From positions 2,356,001-2,420,000 of the forward strand of contig CDLV01000005.1 in the NCBI GenBank assembly GCA_001244265.2: 64,000 nucleotides of DNA, in the 5' to 3' direction. The notes under the pieces were generated by a model, which saw only the letters and a program-made list of their open reading frames with translations, was not told the DNA's origin and did not search any database. Numbering within the stretch: the stretch's first letter is position 1; every line of letters starts with the position of its first letter. Positions 24,207-34,330 of this stretch are shown in pieces. Source of the DNA: Microbotryum violaceum. Lineage: Eukaryota. A program made the position numbers and the translations under genes.

Positions 24207-27200
24207 ATGGTGCTCAAGCGTGCCGACAGCTCGACGTCACAATGGGCCATCCCGCCCGAGCCGACTTCGCTCGACCATGACGAGATCAAGCAGCAGGTGA
24301 GTCGAGGAGGAACATGTTGCAAGGATCTTTCGGCTTCGTACCGGAGTCGACGAATCTCGCCGCTGACTCGTCAACATCCCTCACGCGAACCCGACCGAAC
24401 TCGACCCTACGCCACGCCACAGAGACGGCTACGGCACCTATCCGCCGTCCTCGTTCGCAACCTCATCGTCGAGCCCAGACGAAGCCACAATCCAACGAGC
24501 ACATCGCCTTTCCTAAGCGACGCACCCTTCGACGCGGTCGGACCTTCCTCGTCCTCGTGTTCGTCGTTGCGCGCCTCCGCCCCTAAATCGTCCTCGGGAC
24601 CGACTCGGCCAGCGTTTGCTTCCGATGATCTTGACTTGCTCGTGCGCAATAGGAGGAGACGGGCCACAAGTAATGCCAGCTTGCGTTCAAAGACCGGACC
24701 GAGCAGATCTTTACTCAGGGACACTCTCGTTGAGGCGGCAGAGGAAGGCGTCGGTGTGGGGTCGAGCTTGTCCTCTTCGAAACCCGAACGGACGTCCCTA
24801 CGACGCAGCATGACCGGGGACAGGCGGATAAGGATCCAGGAAGAGAATGACGAGCTATTTGGAGTTTCCGTGTTTGACGGCGATTCTGCGACTGCCCAAG
24901 CTTCGACATCCCACCTCCCCGACGAGGAACAGCTCGAGGCCGACGATGATGTCGACGTGGACGAGGTCGGACGCACGGACTGCTTTTCTCCCTCTTCTCC
25001 CTCCGAATTCAAACGTAGAGATCGCTCAGGCTCTCGTACTTCCATAGCGTCGGCGGGTACGACTGGTTCGGGCTCTACAATACGACCCCGTACTAGCGAA
25101 CTCGACTGGAACGTCAGCGCGCACGCCCCTGCTCGCACATTCTCACATTCGGCTTCAAATCCTCGACTGCCCGATACCCTAGCCTCCCGTACAGCATCGC
25201 GGGGGCGAACTGCTTTCTTTTCGGATTTACAATTGGCAAAGGAGAAGCGGCGGCGGATCGAGCTTCTTCATCGGCGTATGGTCGACAGCACCATCACGCT
25301 CTCATTCTTTCGGCCACGGGAGCAGACCGAGGATCCCGTTGACCCAACTTCGACGAGGCGGCCAAACACACTTTCAAGCCCGACACCTCATCGACCGGGA
25401 CGGAGCGGGAGTACCGCCTCCATTCCTGGTCGTAGTGCAAGCCGGGGACTGGCCCTGCCGTCTGCCGTCGAGTCAGCTCCATCGCTCGACGTCTTGCCTC
25501 CGTTTTTCATCGCCCAGCCTGCTTGCAAAACTCTCAATCCGACATTCATGGTCGAGCCCAGCGACTTTCTCGTCGATCCCGAGACGCAAGATTTGGAAGA
25601 TTGGCCTGGGCTTCAAGAAGAGCATGTGCTGGTGTCGCTGTGGACCAAGAGGAGCGAAGTTGGAACCGATATGGACAAGGGAAAGGCGAAGGAACAGAAT
25701 GTGGACTCGGCCAAGGCTGCTTGGATGGTGCTCGTTGAGTGGGACGTCAGTTTGGACGGGCTTGTCAGCTTAGGGAGAGATGTAGGTTCCCCACTCTCGC
25801 AGATGTATGCGGCAAGTCGAACAAGAACCCGTCTGACTGACATGCGCATTGTCTCATAGCCCGCTCAATTCCCACAGCTTCAACCCAACACCATCATATT
25901 CGCCATGGCCGACGAGTACTTCACGGCCCCCCTACCCCTTCGGACACGATTTCGGCCCTACACTTCGGACGACAATCACTCATCGAGCTGTTCCGAAGAC
26001 GACTCGGATGGGGCCGGGAATTATTCCGATCCAGGGGCGGGTGGTGTATCCCATTCTTGGCGATCGAGACGACGACGTAGGAGGGAAGAGGAAGAGGCTG
26101 AGGAGGCGAGAAGGATGCGCAAGGTGTTGGTGGAGAGAAGTCTTCGTGAAACCAGGATGGTCAAAGTCGCTGACGTTGAGGATCTCTTGAGGTCAGTCAT
26201 GTTTGAAAGAGGCTATTACGAGTGACGAAATGCTGATCAAGCTTTGGTGTTCGCAGGTTCAAGCGGATCGAACACGAACGCTGCGAGAACAAAAGGACGT
26301 TGCACGAGCAGAAACAACGACTGGGTGCAATCTTTGGCGATGCGGCTGGAGAAGCTGCACTGGTGCGTTGGGTGAAAATTCGCTCTGCCGACGCCGTTGA
26401 GCTGAATGTTCTGCCTTCCCACAGTCTCGAGAGAGCGAGGAGCTGCAGGATCAAATTGACGACTTGGTCGCCGTTCGCGATGACCTTCGCCTTGATATCG
26501 CCGAAAGTACGTCGAACATGCGGATTTTGCGACGACCATTATTACTTGCTGACGAAGAGGCACTTTCACAGTCGAGTCTGAATTTGAGCAAAGAAAAGAT
26601 GAACTGCGCCAACGAAGACTGCGGCTCGACTCCGCTCGGTCGATGCATGAGGCGCGAGCAGTCGGACTCGACCAACAGAGAGCCTTGCTGCGGCAGAGCG
26701 AGGGTGCTTGCGCCAAGATCCGACGTGCGATCGAAGCCCGACGAGAGCAGCTTATCACATTGCTGACGCACATGTTCCCCATCGAGCCCGTAGCCACGGA
26801 TGGGTCCTCGTTGTTGTTCTCTATCCTCTCTATACCCCTTCCGAACTCGACCTACCCGCCCACCTCATCCGACGATCATCTCTCCTCTGCACTGGGATAT
26901 GCAGCTCAAGTCGTCTCTGCTCTGGCGGCCTACATCGGCGTACCGTTACATTACCCTATCAAGTGTTTAGGCAGTCGCAGCGCCGTTATCGATCCGATAA
27001 GCATGATGCGAGGCCCTCGCGCCTTCCCGCTCTATGGCAAAGGCGTCGACAAGTACCGGTTCGACTATGGCGTCTTTTTGCTCAACAAGGATATCGAGCA
27101 ACTGATGTACTCGCAAGGCCTGACCGTGATCGACTTGCGAAATACGTTACCGAACCTCAAGGCATTGGTACTGGCGCTCTCTTTTGCTTCGTCGCAGGCG

Positions 27201-27791
27201 TAAGTCCATGCTAGAGCAATCGTTGGAGAATTTGGGGAGCTGACAGAAGGGTATCTTTGGTATCGCAGTGAGTTTGCGTCGCTGAGCTTACACCCTCCAG
27301 CTCGCTTCCCCAACCTGTCGGCGTCCTCGACCGATCCCGAACAAGATCTGACGAATGAGCTCGAGGAAGCGAGCCTTTCACGACCGACCGTCGCTCCCGG
27401 GGAACCACACGGGACGTTGACGAACGGTCGTGAAGATGCCGTCCCATCTTCATCAGATGGAAGTAAAAGCGCAAGTGAAAGTGGTGATTCGGATCCTGAT
27501 GCAGACTCTCAATCGGTCGATACGATGCGAACCGCGACAGCTTCTGAACCGCAGTCGACTCGAACCTCATCCAGCAAGACCAAACCGGCCAAACCGATCA
27601 CGGGACAGGAGAAGCAGACAATTCGGACGCTTGAACCCGCACCGACTTGTATTGCTTCGAACGGAGCGACCACGACGGCGGGCTCGAATGGGAAGGTCAA
27701 AACGACGGTTAAGGCTAAGGAAGGGTCTTCGGCGACCCAGGCTTTAAGGAATAGTTTGTGGACGGCGGTCGGGTATGGGTCGCATGCTTAG
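24207..27791 (+). CDS. UVRAG/Vps38 (Atg14-like) PI3K complex subunit; multi-exon
   Basis: QRRLRHLSAVLVRNL, TLNPTF, VLVEWDVSLDGL, a coiled coil, then MFPIEP...FSILSIPLPNS...SSALGYAAQVV...YIGVPLHYPI...GSRS...FPLY...YRFDYGVFLLNKDIEQL...DLRNTLPNLK. Confidence 0.88.
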
Positions 27792-27947
27792 ATGAGGGGT
27801 TTATGAGATGATGGTCATGTTAATTTTAAACAAGAGCAATGAAGGATACATGTTTTGCTAGTCCCCGACGCCGACGTTTGCTGAAAGAGCGTCGAATTTG
27901 GCCAATTGCTTAAATAGGCTTACCCGAGCTTGTCCGAGCCTGTCACA

Positions 27948-28490
27948 TACAATCCCTGGTGCTCGTTCTTGAATAGCAGTCCCAGATGAGGCAGGTCCAG
28001 CTGCTGCTGAGGGTGCGTCCTTGCTGCCTTCAGGAGCCCATGCGATGGGGCTTGAATACCCACGCAGTCATTTGCTACGATACGATCGCGCACGGCCAGC
28101 CAGCATGGTGCGCTCTGCGAGGTACGAGATGTTCAACATATCAGTGGACACAGACAATTCACGTATATTCGTTGAAGACTACTACTCACGGGGAACCAGG
28201 AGGTGCCGGCGCCAGAATGAAGGTTCGATCGATCGATCGAACACGGCACTGTGCGCCGCGGATGTAGAAGCAGGGTTTAGTGAATGCTCAAATATCTAGA
28301 AAGGATAGAAAGAGGCAAGACAAGTAATCTACTCGCATTCGGTGAATTCGCCATGAACGCAAGCCATAATGACGGTCTCGGGCTCTCCACCCGGTGCGCT
28401 CGGTCTGAGGAACGCAGGCAATGTGAAGCAATCAAACACGAACTTTGTCGGATCGTCGAGCGGGTGCTGACTCTTGGGCAGAGTGCAGTC
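27948..28490 (-). pseudogene. MEX67: Intron-containing fragment of MEX67/NXF1 (NTF2-like domain), disrupted
   Basis: LPKSQHPLDDPTKFVFDCFTLP...VIMACVHGEFTE | intron | RSIDRTFILAPAPPGSP | intron | AHHAGWPCAIVS*QMT(frameshift)RGYSSPIAWAPEG...ERAPGI|gtatg. No LRR/RRM region upstream. Confidence 0.7.
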
Positions 28491-28629
28491 ATTCGGTCGA
28501 AGATGCTGCATCGTTCGGCGAGCCAGCGTGCGACGAATCGGCGGCATCGCTGGAGGCAGTTACAAGGGCAGGAGCAGCGGGAGTACGAGTGGGCGTAGGG
28601 GCAGGAGCAGCAGCAGCAGCTGCCAGGAT

Positions 28630-28790
28630 TACGTCGACTTTCCACCTATTTCGACCTGCGTCCCCGGGTTCGAGGACTCGGCGGTCTCGAGCTGTTTCCC
28701 CGGGTTCGAGGACTCGGCGGTCTCGAGCTGTCTGACCGCCGAGTCCTCGAACCCGGGGACGCAGGTCGAAATGGGTGGAAAGTCGACGTA
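28630..28790. repeat. Inverted repeat (57-bp arms, 1 mismatch) with an internal 36-bp tandem duplication
   Basis: 28630-28686 is the reverse complement of 28734-28790; tccccgggttcgaggactcggcggtctcgagctgt occurs at 28661 and 28697. Confidence 0.95.
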
Positions 28791-31700
28791 GTCGTCCCAC
28801 GACTAGCCCGTCGGCGTAAAGTGCGGTGGAGTGAGTGACCACCTGAGGTCAGCAAATTCAGAGATACAAACGAACGATGCGCCTCCGGCGGCGGGCCGCG
28901 GTCAGCGGAGCATTGCTTAGTAGGACCTACGTTCCCAGTCGCTTTTCGGAAGATGGCCTGCAGTGCCTCTTCCCTTGCGCTCTCGACCCTCTGCAGCATC
29001 GGTATTCCTCCCGAAAGCCTGAGCGAGGCCTTGACCGCATCCTTCGACACCCATCGCACCGACTTTTCCTCGGTCTCCCCCCCCCCCCCCGGTTGGATTC
29101 GCGATGGTCTTGGGGACGTGAGGGATATGACGCAGAGCGAGAATGAGCTTGTGGAAGACAGGGCCGACGTTCGCTGGTGAGTACCACTTCGTGTAGTGGT
29201 CGGTCACGAGGTCGAAGATTTCGTAGAGTGTCTGCTGAGGAGGGTTCGCCGCGTCTGCAGTGGTTCGCCGCGTCTGCAGTGGTTCGCCGCGTCTGCAGTG
29301 GTTCGGACGACGAGTGGGGCCCGTGGACCGCTTCCGCGACGCAGAACGTGAGAACGTTGACCACGTGGCCATTCGGTAGCCATTGGCCGTGGGGGACGCG
29401 ATAATGACCAAACAGCTCGAGGTTGAAAAGTTGCAGGACGACAAACGGACCCTTGCCCGTCAAGTAACGCGCTACTGGACCTGAGTTGGGCTTGAACAGG
29501 GTTTGCTCGCTGGCTTGGGTCGAGGTGGCCGTCTGCTTGCGGACCTTGGGCGGTGGGCCGGGGTTGGCGGAGTCATCACCGTCAGAGTCGTGGCCACTGC
29601 CAGCATCTCCGAAGCGGGTCGGAGACTCGACGGAGAAGATACCGTGGATGGTTGCTTCGCAAAATTCGAACCATTGTGCTTCCCACTCTGGCTTGATTGA
29701 CCAAAGTCCTTCCCCTTCTTCTTCGCTTCCGCCCAGCAGTACGCCTTTCGGATCGATCTGTCGCTTCAACATCTTGCGGACTCGTGGGCCTGCGCCAGCG
29801 AATTCCTCGTCCGTCGTCTGCGCCTCAACGCGTTGCGCGACCCACGGGATCCAGACTCCATCGAGCCATTGGACGAGAACATGCGCGACTTTTGGTCCTT
29901 TCCAGAGCAAAATCGCGGTACGTCGAAGCGACATCATGATGAAATCAGAGGCAAAATCCTGTGGAACGAGGGACGGGTGTCGAAATTCGGTCAGCATAGA
30001 ATGCTCGCCTTGTGGTACCTCGGACGCAGTCGCGATTCCACCCGGACATCTCGGGGGCCACTCACCGGAGCAATACCCTGAGCGCAACCACTCAAGATCT
30101 TGAGCGAGTGAAGGGCTGGAAGGAGGATATGGGTCGGCAAGAACTTGAGACGACCCCCGACGAGATCGCCGAGGGTGTGTCGATTGGTGAGCTGTTTGGG
30201 AGCGGTCGGAGAAATGACCTCGTCGAGGTGTTGACGGATGATCTGTAGCCCCTCGTCGACGAGTCTTCAGGCGCATTGGTAGACGTCATCAAAGTCTACA
30301 GCCTCGCGAAGGTGCTTCTTCAACTCGTCGTAGTAGACACGAAGGTTCCCCTTCAACTTTGGGTCGGTGGCGGCGGAATGGGTCGTGCGGTCATGTAGAA
30401 GGGGCATCATGAGCATCGCTTCAACGATGCATTCAATGTTGCGGTCACGGTATCGAGCCTTCGCCGCCTCGAGTTAATAGTCGCCTTGGTCGTCGCTGGC
30501 GGCGAAGCACTCAAAGCCTGCCGAGGCAAACGAACGAAGGACCGAAGGAATCGCATCCTTCCATCCAAATAGACCGACAATCATCATGACGACCCGGTCG
30601 TCCCACCATTCGGGCGCGTGCACGAAGTGAGGAATCGATTGCCTCTTCTCCTTGGTTTCCATCGTGGCCGGACGACGCTAGTCCAGGCCTGCGAAGCGAG
30701 AGGGAGAAGGGGTGTGTGCGCAGGGCAGGCGGCGTCAGGTCTGGCACCCGTCCACGGGTAACGAAACCGCCCGTGTACTCACGAACGCGAACCCGATGAC
30801 GTCCTTGCCACTCGAGACGCGACGGAAGAGTTCTTGCTCCTCTTCGTGTTTCTGCGGCGCGACTGACGCCTTGTCGGGCAGCGTCAGCGGGTCGTCGAGC
30901 CTCGTGCGGCACCTGGATCCCTGGCCCGCACTATCTGCCACGCCGTCCTCGCGCAAGAGGTACACTATCGCCATGATCAACGTTCGCCAGCGATTCTTGT
31001 CGAGTCCAAGTTTCTGCCACTGCGCGGGGGCAAGATACCCCAAGCAACGGCCGAGAGCATCGGCGAGAATGCTCTCGACCTCGCGATTCGAGACGGCCAG
31101 GAGGCGAAGGACCGGCTGGAAGGCATCCAGGGCCGGCCTGGGACGATTGGGGGTTTCGAAACGGTTGAAGGGCATGCCGTTGGAGTGTGGTGGGTGGAGG
31201 TTGCCGTTGATGGTCCGGAACCGAGAGATGGGTGGCGCCGGACTGACACGGCGTGCTCTGGCGTGTCCAGCGCGGGCGGAATGTCTCCCGTCCGAAAATT
31301 GATTTCGGGCATGACGTCAGAAAAAAACGCATCGCGGCCGCGCGGTGGTTCAGGTGCGAGCACCGCAACCAGTGTAAGTGAGCACAAGCTTCAAGAAAGC
31401 GCATACGAAGATATCGAAGTATAGCGAGACACGCCCCAAGCCCTTCCGACAGGACGCATCGACCTCAGCTCCGTCTCGCGAGTCAACTCATCCATCGATC
31501 TGCATCGGTACGATCCCGTCGTGCGCGAACCGGGATCGCTGACCGAAGCCAAGTGACACTCGACATCCAGGCAGTGCAGGCACTCATCGAGTCATCGTGC
31601 TCGGAGCTTGTTCGATGCCGCGTTGCCGACGGTGCGCTCGCTCCAACCTCTCGAACCGTCGTCCTGGCCATGGCTCTTCGGACTCGAAGTGATCCTTGCT

Positions 31701-33350
31701 TCAACTCGCCTGGCATCGTCGGTGCCCTCACCATTTGCTCAAGCGTACCCGTCACCGTCGACATGCGGTAGATTGTACCGCCGGGGGTCTTGCCGCTGCC
31801 GCCATCGCCGCCGCTGCTGCCCGAGTCCGATTGCTTCGAGAACAGCGCCCGTACTTCGGCGGCGGTGGTTGCCTTCTCCCTTTTTTTTTTTTTTTTTTTT
31901 TTTTTTTGGCTCGGCGCTCTTAGATTTGTGCTGACTATCTACTTGGCTGTCCTTGAAATCGGGCTCGACGAGGTGGTAATCGGGCGCTTTGACGGTACCT
32001 TGAACGGCGAGCTTCCGCGTAGACGCCATGCGGGCCGGCTGCTCGGCCTGAAGTCGACGAGCCTTGGCGAGATGGCGTCGGAGATTGAGGTCTTGGATGC
32101 TCGAGAGGGGCGGAAAGGGAGGCAAAGGTCTGACAGAGGAGACCCCGAGGAGCTGGATGAGGGGAGGGTTGCGTTGGATCGGCGGGTAGGCCGTGTTGGG
32201 GACTTTTGAAGGATCTCTGTGTGGGGTGCCTTCGAACCGCACCCTGGTTCCCTTTGCGACTGTGGTGATGGACGCCTCGGTCGCTTTTGCAAACGTCTCG
32301 TCCTTGTAGCGATGCATCAGGTGTTGGATGGGATCGATCTTGGCGCAGAGCGACTTGATGTCCTCGAGTCGATCAGCCGTCGGCGCCGCCTCCTAGTCGA
32401 CGTTCCTCTGGACCAGCTGCAGCGCATCTAAGGCGCGCTCCCAGCCACTTTGCCACGTCGCCGCGTCCAACCACTGCCCAGGCAAGTTTCGAAGTCCTGC
32501 TGGCCCGATCCCTTTGATGCCCCCGAAATAGTCGCACCCGAGGATGAGGCTCGCGACGAATCGCTGACGAGAACTCCACACCGCGGGGTGAGCGTCGAGC
32601 ACGGCAAGGTCTACCAAGCTGATGTTTTGGTCCTTTCCCGATAGCACGCCCCGATAACGGGCTTGTTCGGCGCCGAGAAGCATGAAAAAGTCGCTGTCGG
32701 CGCTCACGAGGACGACGCGGTTGGGTTCGAGCGCAACGTCGCAGATCTGGCCAAACTTGGTCGACGCCGAGACGAGGGGATCGGCCTCGTGGGCCGCGAC
32801 GACGAGCAAGCCTTGCTCGGACCAGCGAACAAAGGTGGCGGGCGACTCGGGTTGGCTCGTCACCGTGGCAAAAAGCGACCTCCCATTGTTTGCTCGATCG
32901 TCCGTGAACGCACGCGGCGAGGGTGTCGTTCGTGGTGGGACGGGGTGGGTGACAGGGGTCGACTTATCGGAAGGCTGTTGCGGCTGCTGGTGATCTTGGC
33001 GATCGAGCACGGTGTCCCGCTTGAGCTCGGGACGAAGGATGGGATGATCAAATACCACGACCACTTGGATCCGCCTTGCCGTCGCTGCAATGACCTCCTC
33101 GAGGTGTCGAATGATAGAATTGAGGAACAGCCGGCCTCGCTTCGGCTCGTTATGTTGCGCCCGGTCCGTCAACCCAAGTCGGCGACCACCTCGAGCTCGT
33201 CGCCTCTCTCTCTGTCTCCTTCCTGCTCCTCGTCGACGCGCTCTGCACTTCTCGCACCACTTGATCTTGCCGACATCGCCCCCCTTTTCAGGAGGATACA
33301 AAACGGTGGCCTTTGTGGTGTGGTAGAGTCTGTCGTTCGATCCCTCCCAC
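28790..33350 (-). mobile_element. Decayed intronless large ORF, probably transposon-borne: FEN1/XPG-like PIN nuclease plus long C-terminal region (possibly TnpB/Fanzor-like)
   Basis: PIN/H3TH motifs VVVVFDHP..RPELK, HEADP, VSADSDFF and LILGCDYFGGIKGIGP. ORF 32393-33301 continues in frame past a single TAG into 31739-32317. Further co-oriented pieces are broken at poly-T (31881-31907), a 19-bp repeat expansion and poly-C (29077-29090). No obvious introns, unlike neighbouring host genes. Confidence 0.6.
29243..29305. repeat. 19-bp tandem repeat x3.3
   Basis: ggttcgccgcgtctgcagt at 29243, 29262 and 29281, plus a partial copy. Confidence 0.95.
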
Positions 33351-34330
33351 CGTCAAAAGTGTGAGTAACCACCTAGCTGTGATCGTGGTCGTATTCGTGT
33401 GGCGTAGGGTTGGACTGACTCGTCTCGTGTTTACCCGTCTCGCGTCCATCTTTCACCACACCACCTCCATCATCTTACCCCACACCACCTCTCCCCTCTC
33501 CACTCTCACTGCGATCTCTCGCTTCCCACCTCGCCACTGCCTCCGACCTTACCGTCTCTCGCTGCATCACGGCTTGCCATCAGCCTATCCACTCGTCGAC
33601 GAGTGTTGAATGGCGCCTACGGCATGTCACTGAGGTTGTTGCTGGTCCACAAGACCGCTTGCATTTGATCGTACCCCGTGAGTCTTTTGCTTTGACCCTT
33701 GATCGATCGATGGATCGATCGTGCTCGCCGGCCCTTGACGACGGGCGAGGCGGGGCTGACGATTCGATCCTCGCCTACACTTTCCCCACACAGTAGCCTC
33801 CACTGCGTTACCGAGTGGACCGATTTCACCTGCTCAGATCGAAGGAGATTCACGGTACCCCTAACATCAGTGAGTAGCATGTACCCTAATTCTGTGGTAC
33901 CAGGTAGCTTACTTCTAGTATACGCTTCAACCTCCAGCTGCACACGGTCTTCTCGACAAGGTCCCCTTTTCTTTTTCTGTTGCTTTCGAACTGGTTTCAC
34001 CTCGAAACTCTTACGCTGGCGGTGCTAAGTGGCAGGCGACTGGTCTTTGTTTAGCCTAGCCAGATCCAACTCCTACATTGAGCCTCCCTCGTGAACCCTT
34101 TTCGTGTTTTGTAGTTTTTGAGTGCACGTATCGAGATGCGCATGCACCACGGATTTGAAATTCGAGCCTACGATAGAGCTCACGAGTTGGCGCGCGTGCT
34201 CTCCCTCGGCTTCTGAACCTTCTGCTAAACCCTCTGCGCTACCGCCCTACGCCTCCTCACACTCGTTTCAATTGAAATCAACTCGGAGTCCAGACGATCT
34301 TACCCCCGACACAAGTAGTGTGTCAGAAGG

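Noticed and set aside
28630-29305. Short repeats considered as a CRISPR-like array
   Set aside because: The repeats are directly adjacent with no unique spacers, there are no cas genes, and the context is eukaryotic.
32393-33301. Host FEN1/EXO1/RAD2 gene
   Set aside because: It lacks the MG(I/V)xGL N-terminus and introns, is highly diverged, and is interrupted by a stop and embedded in a decayed long ORF.
28790-33350. RIP-like mutation signature as the cause of the stops
   Set aside because: Some stops fit CpG transitions, but this cannot be assessed without aligning multiple copies.
32663-33364. 233-aa plus-strand ORF
   Set aside because: Antisense shadow of the PIN nuclease frame, which carries the recognisable motifs.
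33600-34080. Possible LTR/PBS (TGTTG...TGGCGCC) or 127-aa ORF at the element's right side
   Set aside because: No second copy, TSD or retroelement domain is visible in the window.
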